Positions 17,451-25,789 of a stretch of DNA of 39,348 nt are shown here, piece by piece. The stretch spans positions 1-39,348 of the forward strand of contig JBOHXA010000516.1 in assembly GCA_050737335.1 (NCBI GenBank). The letters are read 5' to 3'. The stretch's first letter is position 1, and every line of letters begins with the position of its first letter. This DNA is from Limisphaerales bacterium (GTDB lineage: Bacteria; Verrucomicrobiota; Verrucomicrobiia; Limisphaerales; UBA11358). Both the position numbers and the translations under genes were made by a program. The notes beneath the pieces were generated by a model, which was given only the letters and a program-made list of their open reading frames with translations, had not been told where the DNA came from and searched no databases.

Positions 17451-18446
17451 ATGTCTGCTAATTCCATCTCATTGCCCAATGGCCTTGCCGAAATCCGCGT
17501 TAAGGGTAAAACCACCCTCGTCCCGTCGGTAACCATCGAGGGGCGAACCGTCATTGTCACGGGCAAGTGGCTCAAGCTGGCGTCTATTCGTGACGAAATT
17601 GTTGTGGAGGGAGAATTGGTGAAAGATCCGGTCTTATTTACCGGGAAATTGAGAAACAGCGAACTGAAGGCCGATGTTTTTACATTTTTTCAAAGACCGC
17701 CCGATGTCTCGCCCAGGTTCAACTTTCATTTCGAATGGAACAATTACGCCGCGATTCCCATCGCCACATTCGAAAAATGGTGGGAATCCGTGCCGCAGGA
17801 AACCCGAAAAAATGTCAGGCGCGCCGCCAAACGCGGAGTCGTTGTCAAACTTGCTCCATTCGACGACCAACTGGCGCGGGGCATTCATAAGCTGTGCAAC
17901 GAGACGCCGGTCCGCCAGGGCAAGCCATTTTGGCACTTTGGAAAGGATTTTGAGACGGTCAAACGTGAACACGCGACCTATTTGGAACGGAGCGACTTCA
18001 TTGCCGCATACGTCAAGGACGAACTCATTGGATTTATCAAAATGGTTCATGTGGACCGCGTCGCTTTCATTCTTCACATATTGGCGGCGAACGCGCACTA
18101 CGACAAACGACCCATTAACGCGCTCATTGCCAAGGCTGTGGAAATGTGCGCGCTTAAAGGAGTTGGATATTTTGTGTATGACCAATATACCTACGGCAAG
18201 AAGACGCGCAGTTCCCTGGTCGAGCTCAAACGGCGAAATGGTTTCGAGCCGGTCAGCTTTCCACGCTACTACGTGCCATTGACGTGGAAAGGCAAAATCA
18301 TCGTCGCACTGCGCCTGTACCGGGGGGCCGTGGGGCTTTTGCCGGCGCCGCTATTAAAGATCGCCATCGCCGCCCGGGACCGGGTGTACGAAAAAAAGGC
18401 GAGGTCCATATTGCCCAACTCCGGATGTGACCCACAGAACAAGTGA
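17451..18446 (+). CDS. GNAT-fold protein of FemAB/Acetyltransf_6-like type (second copy in the locus)
   Basis: WWESVPQETRKNVRRAAKRGVVVK parallels RRAIRKAEKSGVHVE of 1574-2692. FIAAYVKDELIGFIKMV and LIAKAVEMCALKGVGYFVYD fit a GNAT core. The ATG is 5 nt after the asnB stop. Confidence 0.6.
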   Translation: MSANSISLPNGLAEIRVKGKTTLVPSVTIEGRTVIVTGKWLKLASIRDEIVVEGELVKDPVLFTGKLRNSELKADVFTFFQRPPDVSPRFNFHFEWNNYAAIPIATFEKWWESVPQETRKNVRRAAKRGVVVKLAPFDDQLARGIHKLCNETPVRQGKPFWHFGKDFETVKREHATYLERSDFIAAYVKDELIGFIKMVHVDRVAFILHILAANAHYDKRPINALIAKAVEMCALKGVGYFVYDQYTYGKKTRSSLVELKRRNGFEPVSFPRYYVPLTWKGKIIVALRLYRGAVGLLPAPLLKIAIAARDRVYEKKARSILPNSGCDPQNK

Positions 18447-18459
18447 CCCGATCATTTTT

Positions 18460-18535
18460 GCCGGTGTAGCTCAACGTCAGAGCGGCTGATCTGTAATCAG
18501 CAGGTTGGAGCGTTCAATTCCTCCCGCCGGCTCCA
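18460..18535 (+). tRNA. tRNA-Thr(UGU)-like gene with non-canonical D loop, anticodon loop and T stem; CCA encoded
   Basis: Hand-folded cloverleaf. Acceptor GCCGGTG/CGCCGGC; D stem GCTC/GAGC with loop AACGTCA; anticodon stem GCTGA/TCAGC with loop TCTGTAA (TGT at 18492-18494). Variable loop AGGTT; T loop TTCAATT closed by G-C; T stem GGAG(C)G/CCTCC; discriminator T; CCA. Most of the sequence is cross-checked against the antisense track ORF 18477-18677. Confidence 0.7.
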
Positions 18536-18563
18536 ATTTCAATAAACCCGTCAATCGCCAAGT

Positions 18564-20360
18564 ATGCCTGGAATTGCTGGAATCATTTCTCACGATGCCG
18601 CGGCCGGTCGCCGCGCCAGCGCGGGACAAATGGTGGCGAGTATGCTGACCGAAAAATTTTATAAATCGGCTACGCAATGCGTGCCCGAATTGGGAGTATC
18701 GGCCGGTTGCGTATGGCTGGAAGGTTCGAACGATGGGATTTTTTCAGACGAAAGCAGCGCTATTCTGCTGGTTTTCCATGGGGAATGCTTTATCGATTCT
18801 GAATTGGCAACGGGCGATACAATCATCCGTCTCTATAAAGCGGAAGGCCTGCAATTTCCAAAAAGACTCAATGGCCTTTTTTGCGGTCTGCTCATTGACA
18901 GGGCCGCTGGCGATATAATCCTGTTCAATGATCGCTACGGCATGCAACGGATTTATATTCATTCGGAAAACGGACAGGTTTATTTCGCAAGCGAGGCCAA
19001 GGCGTTGCTTCGGGTCCTGCCGGGATTACGACAGTTTAATCTGGGCGGCCTGACGGATTTTTTGACATTCGGCTGCATCCTGAATTGGAAAACGCTGTTT
19101 CGGGGAATTGAGATCATGCCTGGGGGCTCGGTCTGGACTTTCGGAAACGGCAAAGCGCGTAAAGAAAGTTATTTTTCGGCCCAAACGTGGGAATCGCAAC
19201 CGCCATTGCCGCCGGCGGAATTTCAGGATCGTTTCCAAGAAATCTTCAAACATATTTTGCCGCGCTATTTCAAATGTCAACCGAGTCAATCGCGAGTGGG
19301 GATTGCGCTGACCGGCGGCCTGGATACGCGGATGATCATGGCCTGCCGACCGCGAAACAACGGTCATAGCACCTGCTACACCTTTACCGGCAACAATGGC
19401 CGGACTCTGGATGACAAAATCGCCGCCCGTGTCGCGGCTGCTTCGAATTTTGAGCACAGCCTGTTGCGCCTGGATGACGGTTTCTTTTCAAACTTCAGAT
19501 ATCACGCGGACATGACCGTGTATGCCACCGACGGTTGCGCGGGCATTTTTAACGCTCATGAGCTCTATCTCAACCGCAAGGCCAGGGACGTTGCGCCGGT
19601 GCGTCTGACTGGAAATTTTGGCAGCGAAATTTTGCGCGGTGTTTCGACGTTTAAGCCGCTTCCCCTGGCGCCCGAGCTTTTGAATGAAGATTGGAGACCG
19701 CGCGTCAACGCTTGCAAAGCATCATGGTCCCACGAGAGCGCAAATCCCGTTACGTTTGCCGCATTCAAGGAAGTCCCCTGGCACTTATACGGCAACCTCG
19801 CGGCGGGCCGCTCTCAATTGATATTCCGCAGCCCCTATCTGGACAATGATCTGGTTGCGCTGGCATTTCAATCGCCCGAGCAGTGCCGGGGGTCCTCCCT
19901 GCCCTGCCTCAATCTGGTCCGCGCCAATGATACGAGTTTGAGCGAAATTCCGACGGACCAGGGTTTCGCGGGGCGGAATTCGGGCTTGGGATTTGTCACG
20001 CGGCGGGCCTTTGCCGGCGTGACGTGCAAACTCGATTATTACACCACCGCCGGGCTACCCGGGCCGCTGTCGCCATTCAATTCGATTTTCAAGCCGGTCG
20101 CCGAAAAATTGAAAATTGCGGGCATGCACAAATTTTTGCGCTACAGCAGCTGGTTCCGGGGTGAACTGGCGCCATATGTTCGGGATGTTCTGGCCGCCCC
20201 AAGCGTTCGCGGCACTGGCATTTGGAACCCCGAATTTATTGACCGGATGGCGTCAGATCACATGAGTGGGCGGCGTGATTATTCCGCCGAAATTAACGTT
20301 GTGATGACAATCGAAGCAATCGAACGATTGTTTTTTCGCGATCGGTTGCCAGGGGCCTGA
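18564..20360 (+). CDS. Asparagine-synthase-family protein lacking the glutaminase nucleophile (MPGIAG instead of MCGICG); PP-loop domain retained
   Basis: The N terminus is MPGIAGII. HRGPD, RLxIxD and NGEIYN are absent or replaced (HGECFI). LNGLFCGLLIDR and YFASEAKALL keep the Ntn fold. The PP-loop variant is LTGGLDTRMIMA. Confidence 0.8.
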   Translation: MPGIAGIISHDAAAGRRASAGQMVASMLTEKFYKSATQCVPELGVSAGCVWLEGSNDGIFSDESSAILLVFHGECFIDSELATGDTIIRLYKAEGLQFPKRLNGLFCGLLIDRAAGDIILFNDRYGMQRIYIHSENGQVYFASEAKALLRVLPGLRQFNLGGLTDFLTFGCILNWKTLFRGIEIMPGGSVWTFGNGKARKESYFSAQTWESQPPLPPAEFQDRFQEIFKHILPRYFKCQPSQSRVGIALTGGLDTRMIMACRPRNNGHSTCYTFTGNNGRTLDDKIAARVAAASNFEHSLLRLDDGFFSNFRYHADMTVYATDGCAGIFNAHELYLNRKARDVAPVRLTGNFGSEILRGVSTFKPLPLAPELLNEDWRPRVNACKASWSHESANPVTFAAFKEVPWHLYGNLAAGRSQLIFRSPYLDNDLVALAFQSPEQCRGSSLPCLNLVRANDTSLSEIPTDQGFAGRNSGLGFVTRRAFAGVTCKLDYYTTAGLPGPLSPFNSIFKPVAEKLKIAGMHKFLRYSSWFRGELAPYVRDVLAAPSVRGTGIWNPEFIDRMASDHMSGRRDYSAEINVVMTIEAIERLFFRDRLPGA

Positions 20361-20366
20361 ACGACG

Positions 20367-21638
20367 ATGAAAAGAAACGATACAGTTGATGCGCAAGTCA
20401 GTGTGCTGACGGGTGGAAAGGACTGCCATTATACTTTTGGCCTGGTCACGGCTCTGGCGGCCCGGGGGCTTAAAATTGAATTGATCGGGGGCGATGATTT
20501 CGAGGAGGCGGGATGGGCGCTGCCACCGGATATAAAACTGATCAATTTGCGGGGAGACGGGAATTTGAGGGCAAGCCTTTTGAAAAAGATCAGGCGGGTG
20601 CTCATTTATTACGTCCGCTTGCTTCTATACGCGGCGACTGCGCGTCCGAAAGTTTTTCACATTCTATGGAACAGCAAGTTTGAATTATTCGACCGGACAA
20701 TATTGATGGTGTTTTACAGGCTATTGGGCAAGAAAATCGCGTTAACAGCGCATAACGTGAACGCCGGCGAACGCGACGGCGCTGATGGCTTTATCAACCG
20801 TGTTTCGTTGCGCGCCCAGTACCGCCTTTGCGATGCGATTTTTGCCCATACCAATAAAATGAAAGCCCAGTTAGTTTCCGATTTCGGCGTGGCGGATGAA
20901 AAGATTTTCTTAATTCCATTTGGAATTAACAATGCAGTTCCCCAAACGGAATTGAACCGGGAAAACGCGCGTCAACGCCTGGGTTTGCAGGCCGAGCATA
21001 AAGTCATTTTGTTTTTCGGAAATGTCGCGCCGTACAAGGGACTGCATTATCTGGTCGAAGCATTCGAGTCAATTGCCATGGAGGAGACACAGGCGCGATT
21101 GGTCATCGCAGGACGGCCCAAAGGGCCTCCGGAATACTGGAAACGGATTTGCGCCGATCTGGAGAATAAACCCTGGCGAGGCCGGGTAAGCCAAACCATG
21201 GACTTTATACCCGATAGCGATATTGAGATTTATTTCAAAGCGGCCGACGTCCTGGTCATGCCATACGTGCATATTTTTCAAAGCGGCATACTGTTCCTGG
21301 CGTATAGTTTCGGACTCCCGGTCATTGCGACCGATGTGGGGTCATTAAAAGAGGACATTGTAGAGGGACAAACCGGTTTTACCTGCCAGCCGGAAAACGG
21401 GGCCGCCCTGGCGGAATGCATTCGCGCGTATTTCCGAAGCGACCTCTATCGGCAGCTGGAGACGCGGCGTTCCGAAATCATACATTTTGCGGGAGAAAAA
21501 CACTCCTGGAAGCAAGTAGCAACCACCACCACCAAAGCCTATTCCCAGATCATGAGCGAAAAGAGAGACCCGGGGCTTGTATCGAAAATGGATAAACACG
21601 ATGAAGCCCTTAGTTTCGATTCTCACTCCGGCTTATAA
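20367..21638 (+). CDS. GT4-family glycosyltransferase
   Basis: GNVAPYKGL and MPYVHIFQSGILFLAYSFGLPVIATDVGSLKEDIVEGQTGF form an EX7E-type C-terminal motif region. The 3' end overlaps the next gene by 38 nt. Confidence 0.8.
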   Translation: MKRNDTVDAQVSVLTGGKDCHYTFGLVTALAARGLKIELIGGDDFEEAGWALPPDIKLINLRGDGNLRASLLKKIRRVLIYYVRLLLYAATARPKVFHILWNSKFELFDRTILMVFYRLLGKKIALTAHNVNAGERDGADGFINRVSLRAQYRLCDAIFAHTNKMKAQLVSDFGVADEKIFLIPFGINNAVPQTELNRENARQRLGLQAEHKVILFFGNVAPYKGLHYLVEAFESIAMEETQARLVIAGRPKGPPEYWKRICADLENKPWRGRVSQTMDFIPDSDIEIYFKAADVLVMPYVHIFQSGILFLAYSFGLPVIATDVGSLKEDIVEGQTGFTCQPENGAALAECIRAYFRSDLYRQLETRRSEIIHFAGEKHSWKQVATTTTKAYSQIMSEKRDPGLVSKMDKHDEALSFDSHSGL

Positions 21639-22629
21639 TGCTGAAACATGGATCTCCGATGCGATTAATTCGGCGCTACGCCAAACCTGGCCGCGCAAGG
21701 AAATTATTGTCGTGGATGACGGTTCCACCGATGGGACACTCGCCGTCGCGTCACAATTCTCAAAGGACGGCGTCAGCGTGGTTTCCCAAAGGAACAGGGG
21801 CGCCTCCGCGGCGCGGAACCACGCCTATTCCTTATGCCATGGCGATTATATTCAGTGGCTTGATGCGGACGATATATTGGCGCCGGACAAGATTTCACGA
21901 CAAATGGAATTTGTGGAATGGGTCAAAAATCCCCGCCTGCTCTTCTCGTCCGAATGGGGAAGGTTCCGCTATCGGACCCGAAATGCGGTATTTAATTCGA
22001 CCGTTCTTTGGCAGAGCTTGCCGCCGGTCGAATGGCTTCTGCGGAAAATGGCATTGAATGTGTGGATGCAACCCGGAAGCTGGCTGGTCAGCCGGGAACT
22101 CGCCGAGGCGGCGCAACAGTGGGACGAACGCCTCTCGTTTGACGATGACGGAGAATATTTTTGCAGGGTCATTTCCAGAAGCCAGGGGGTGCCATTCGTG
22201 CGCGGCGCCAAAACCTTTTATCGGGTTAGCGGCCCTGAAAGTTTGAGCACCGTTGATAATTCAGCGAAAAAAAAGGACTCAGCCTGGCTGTCCATCCAGC
22301 TGCAAATCCAATCCCTACGGCAGCTTGAGGACAGCGAGCGCACGCGTAACGCAGCCGTGAAGTTTTTGCAGACATGGTTCACGATGTTCGATCCGTATCG
22401 GATGGACATCGTCGAAGAAATGCTGGAACTGGCGCAGGCCCTGGGCGGCGAAGTCCATCGTCCGCGGCTGGTCGAGGCACTGCGTTGGAAATGGGCGTGG
22501 CTGGAAGGCATTTTTGGACGTCGCGCCGCGTATTGGGCACAGAAAAGTCTTCCTAAATTCAAATACGACACACTTTGCGCCGCGCGGTTGTGCATGGAAA
22601 AAACATTGTATCAGCTTGGGTACGAATAA
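21601..22629 (+). CDS. GT2-family glycosyltransferase (paralogue of 7415-8431)
   Basis: VSILTPAYNAETWI, IVVDDGSTDGT and WLDADD motifs. It is collinear with 7415-8431 along the whole length (GDYIQxLDxDDxLAPDKIxRQM, NPRLL, RTRNA, DxDGE(F/Y)F, KKK, EDSxRTR). Confidence 0.8.
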   Translation: MKPLVSILTPAYNAETWISDAINSALRQTWPRKEIIVVDDGSTDGTLAVASQFSKDGVSVVSQRNRGASAARNHAYSLCHGDYIQWLDADDILAPDKISRQMEFVEWVKNPRLLFSSEWGRFRYRTRNAVFNSTVLWQSLPPVEWLLRKMALNVWMQPGSWLVSRELAEAAQQWDERLSFDDDGEYFCRVISRSQGVPFVRGAKTFYRVSGPESLSTVDNSAKKKDSAWLSIQLQIQSLRQLEDSERTRNAAVKFLQTWFTMFDPYRMDIVEEMLELAQALGGEVHRPRLVEALRWKWAWLEGIFGRRAAYWAQKSLPKFKYDTLCAARLCMEKTLYQLGYE

Positions 22630-22637
22630 TACAAAGA

Positions 22638-23456
22638 ATGAACGCGACTTTAGTCATCGAAGCGGGTCACACTGAACGCCAATACTGGCGCGACCTTTGG
22701 AGGTTTCGTGAGCTGTTTTACCTTCTGGCCTGGCGCGATTTCCTGATTCGCTACAAGCAAACGGCTGTCGGGATCGCCTGGGCGCTCATTCGCCCGCTTT
22801 TAATGGTGCTGGCGGTCACACTGGTGGCAAAAGCGGGTAAGATGGCGACTGGCGGCGCGCCGTATGCCCTTTTTGCCTTTTGCGGTCTGCTGCCATGGCA
22901 ATTCTTCTCGGCGGCCATGTCTGAAAGCGGCAACAGCCTCGTCAATAATTCCAATCTGATATCAAAGATTTATTTTCCGCGACTGGTCGTTCCGGCCAGC
23001 AGCGTCATCGTCAGTTTCACCGATTTTCTCGTCGCCGCCGCTTTTCTGGTTCCGTTGATGTTTTACTATCACCTCGCGCCCCCGCGCCAAATCCTCTTTC
23101 TGCCGCTCTTTGTGTTACTGAACTTTGCCCTGGCCATTGGCGCGGGATGCTGGATCGCGGCCCTGACTGTCAAATATCGAGATTTTCGGTTTATCGTGCC
23201 GTTCATCGTTCAATTCGGCATGTTTGTTTCGGGCGTTTTCCCCATCACAAAGCACTCGCATGAAATGATACGCCTCGTTTTCTCAATCAATCCCACGGTC
23301 GGCATCATTGATGGCTTTCGTTGGTGCATCCTGGGAGGCGGCAACTCCGTGCAAGCTTCCGAACTGGTTCTATCATCTGTTGTCACGGCGTTGCTCCTGC
23401 TGAGCGGTGTGCGCTATTTCCGAAAAACCGAGCGCTCGTTCGCGGATATCATTTAG
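22638..23456 (+). CDS. wzm: ABC-2 type polysaccharide export permease
   Basis: YWRDLWRFRELFYLLAWRDFLIRYKQT is the characteristic N-terminal motif of Wzm/KpsM/TagG permeases, followed by about 6 hydrophobic segments. ATG at 22638 chosen. Confidence 0.85.
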   Translation: MNATLVIEAGHTERQYWRDLWRFRELFYLLAWRDFLIRYKQTAVGIAWALIRPLLMVLAVTLVAKAGKMATGGAPYALFAFCGLLPWQFFSAAMSESGNSLVNNSNLISKIYFPRLVVPASSVIVSFTDFLVAAAFLVPLMFYYHLAPPRQILFLPLFVLLNFALAIGAGCWIAALTVKYRDFRFIVPFIVQFGMFVSGVFPITKHSHEMIRLVFSINPTVGIIDGFRWCILGGGNSVQASELVLSSVVTALLLLSGVRYFRKTERSFADII

Positions 23457-23471
23457 AGGCCACTCACTTAA

Positions 23472-24818
23472 ATGATTATGTCTCAATCCGACACAGTTAT
23501 TGCCGTCCGAAACCTTTCGAAATGTTATTCGATCGGCCATCTCAATTACGCAAGCGACAGCAGCATGAGATACAATCCGCCCGGTCTGCGCCATGCTGTT
23601 GAATTCATGGTGCGGAACCCGCTGGCTTGGTGGAAAAACAGAAAAGTCCGGCAAGAAAATTTTTGTGCGCTTAAAGATGTTTCATTTGAAGTGAATGCCG
23701 GCGAGGTCGTGGCCGTAATTGGGCGCAACGGCGCGGGCAAATCCACGTTATTGAAAATTTTAAGCCGCATCACCGAGCCGACCAAGGGGCGCATTGAAAT
23801 CACGGGCCGCGTGGCCAGCCTGCTTGAAGTGGGCACTGGATTCCACGCTGAATTGACCGGACGGGAAAACATTTTTCTCAACGGGGCGATCCTGGGAATG
23901 ACTCGCGCGGAAATCAAGCGGAAGTTTGACGCGATTGTGGCCTTCTCTGAAGTGGAAAAATTCCTCGACACGCCCGTCAAACGCTTCTCCAGCGGCATGT
24001 ACGTGCGGCTCGCCTTTGCCGTGGCCGCGCATCTCGAACCTGAAATTTTGATTGTGGATGAGGTTCTGGCGGTCGGCGACAGCGCGTTTCAAAAGAAATG
24101 TCTTGGCAAGATGCAGGAAGTATCCCGAAACCAGGGCCGCACGGTGTTGTTTGTCAGTCACAACATGTCCGCCGTGCTGCAATTGACGACACGCGCTGTT
24201 GTGCTGGATAAAGGCTGTGTGATTTTTAATGGTCCGACTGAAAAGGCCGTCGAGGAATATGCCGGGGCCATCGGCAACGATTCCACGGTGTTTTTTCCCG
24301 TCGAAAACGCGCCGCGGAAATATGCGGGCACCGGCGCCATGCGTCTTTTGTCGTTTCGCTTTGACCGGGCGCTGCCCATTTTTTCGGCCAACGAGGACTT
24401 TCATTTTATCGCCCGGGTCCGCGCAAACGAAACTGTGCCATCCATTCGCTTTAGCATGACGGTTTTCTCACCTGAAGGCGTTCCCATCGGCACCTGCTTC
24501 GGCGCAGAGCGGCCCGGCATGCGGCACGGTGAAGAAATGGAATTTGAAATTTCCATTGCCCGGCCGCGCCTGGCGCATGGCCGCTATTGCTGCGGAGTGT
24601 CCATTGGCAAAGGCGATCATCGGGTGGGCATGGTGGATTTTGACACGGTCCTGGACACGCTGCCCTTCGAAGTTCGTCCTGAAGAAGGGGACGGCGGAAC
24701 TATTGCCGAATGGTCCAGAGGCTGGGGGTCGGTGATTCTACCGGACTTAAAATGCCGGCCGGCGCTGGCCGCGGCATCGGAAGCCATGACGGACAACGTT
24801 GAAATGCTTCCCGCCTAA
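23472..24818 (+). CDS. wzt: Polysaccharide ABC exporter ATP-binding protein with C-terminal Wzt_C-like carbohydrate-binding domain
   Basis: Walker A GRNGAGKST, signature FSSGMYVRLAF, Walker B ILIVDEVLAVGD, H-loop VSHN. An extra ~190 aa beta-rich C-terminal domain is present (RLLSFRF...FHFIARV...FSMTVFSPEG...YCCGVSIG). Confidence 0.85.
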   Translation: MIMSQSDTVIAVRNLSKCYSIGHLNYASDSSMRYNPPGLRHAVEFMVRNPLAWWKNRKVRQENFCALKDVSFEVNAGEVVAVIGRNGAGKSTLLKILSRITEPTKGRIEITGRVASLLEVGTGFHAELTGRENIFLNGAILGMTRAEIKRKFDAIVAFSEVEKFLDTPVKRFSSGMYVRLAFAVAAHLEPEILIVDEVLAVGDSAFQKKCLGKMQEVSRNQGRTVLFVSHNMSAVLQLTTRAVVLDKGCVIFNGPTEKAVEEYAGAIGNDSTVFFPVENAPRKYAGTGAMRLLSFRFDRALPIFSANEDFHFIARVRANETVPSIRFSMTVFSPEGVPIGTCFGAERPGMRHGEEMEFEISIARPRLAHGRYCCGVSIGKGDHRVGMVDFDTVLDTLPFEVRPEEGDGGTIAEWSRGWGSVILPDLKCRPALAAASEAMTDNVEMLPA

Positions 24819-24820
24819 TT

Positions 24821-25789
24821 ATGGGAAACCATCATTCACTGGCTATTGTCATTCCCGCCTACAAGGCATCCTACTTGCGCGAGGTCCTGGCGTCTGTGGC
24901 GGGCCAATCCTGCCGGAACTTCCAACTTTACGTTGGGGATGACGCCAGTCCCGAGAACATTCGGAAGATCGTCCAGGAGTTTTCAGATAAAATCCCGCTC
25001 CACTATCACCGGTTTGAGAAAAACCTCGGCGCCACTTCGCTTGCGGAACATTGGCGGCGATGCATCGGTTTAAGTCACGAACCGTGGATCTGGCTGTTTT
25101 CAGACGACGATCTTATGGATGAAGGGTGTGTCGCAGCCTTCTACCGGGAAATTCTCGCCACTTCGGGCCGCCACGACTTATACCGATTTAACACTTGTTC
25201 GATTGATGGAGACGGCCGTCTCATCTCTGAGAATCCCGCGCATCCTCAAAATGAGACGGGCCCGGATTTTCTCGTCTCCCGGCTGCGCGGCGGCCGGACC
25301 AGTACGGCCCAAGAATTGATTTTTTCCCGCGCCGCCTGGGAGTCGGCGGGTGGATTCCCTGATTTTCCCCTGGGCTGGGCATCCGATGACGCTTTTATCG
25401 CAACGCTCGGTTCATACAAGCCCATTCGTGTGGTGCCGGGACCGCGGTTGAAATGGAGGCTTAGCGGAAAAAATATATCCACCGACAATTCGTTCGCCAT
25501 GGCGATCCAAAAATTTCAGGCGTGCCGCAAATTTGTGGAATGGGCGACGGATTTTCTGAAGCAAAATCCGCCCGGTGACGGGCCTTTGACCAACGGCGAA
25601 ATGGCTATGTTGCTGGAGGATTGGTTCTTCATGCAAATGATTTGCCGGCGCCAATTAATGAGTTTTCGCTCGAGCCTGGCCGTGGACACTCTGGCCGCGT
25701 CTGTCTGGCGGCGCCCTCGAGGGTACGGATTTTTGAAGACGATGAAGTTTAATTGGAATCTCGCCTGCGACAAAGCGTTGAACCGATGA
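24821..25789 (+). CDS. GT2-family glycosyltransferase
   Basis: LAIVIPAYKASYL, YVGDDASPENI and LFSDDD motifs. Confidence 0.7.
   Translation: MGNHHSLAIVIPAYKASYLREVLASVAGQSCRNFQLYVGDDASPENIRKIVQEFSDKIPLHYHRFEKNLGATSLAEHWRRCIGLSHEPWIWLFSDDDLMDEGCVAAFYREILATSGRHDLYRFNTCSIDGDGRLISENPAHPQNETGPDFLVSRLRGGRTSTAQELIFSRAAWESAGGFPDFPLGWASDDAFIATLGSYKPIRVVPGPRLKWRLSGKNISTDNSFAMAIQKFQACRKFVEWATDFLKQNPPGDGPLTNGEMAMLLEDWFFMQMICRRQLMSFRSSLAVDTLAASVWRRPRGYGFLKTMKFNWNLACDKALNR

Noticed and set aside
18460-18535. The tRNA as an integration site marking a genomic island boundary
   Set aside because: No integrase, no recombinase, and no visible direct repeat of the tRNA 3' end occur elsewhere in the window. Genes on both sides are co-directional, tightly spaced and functionally related.
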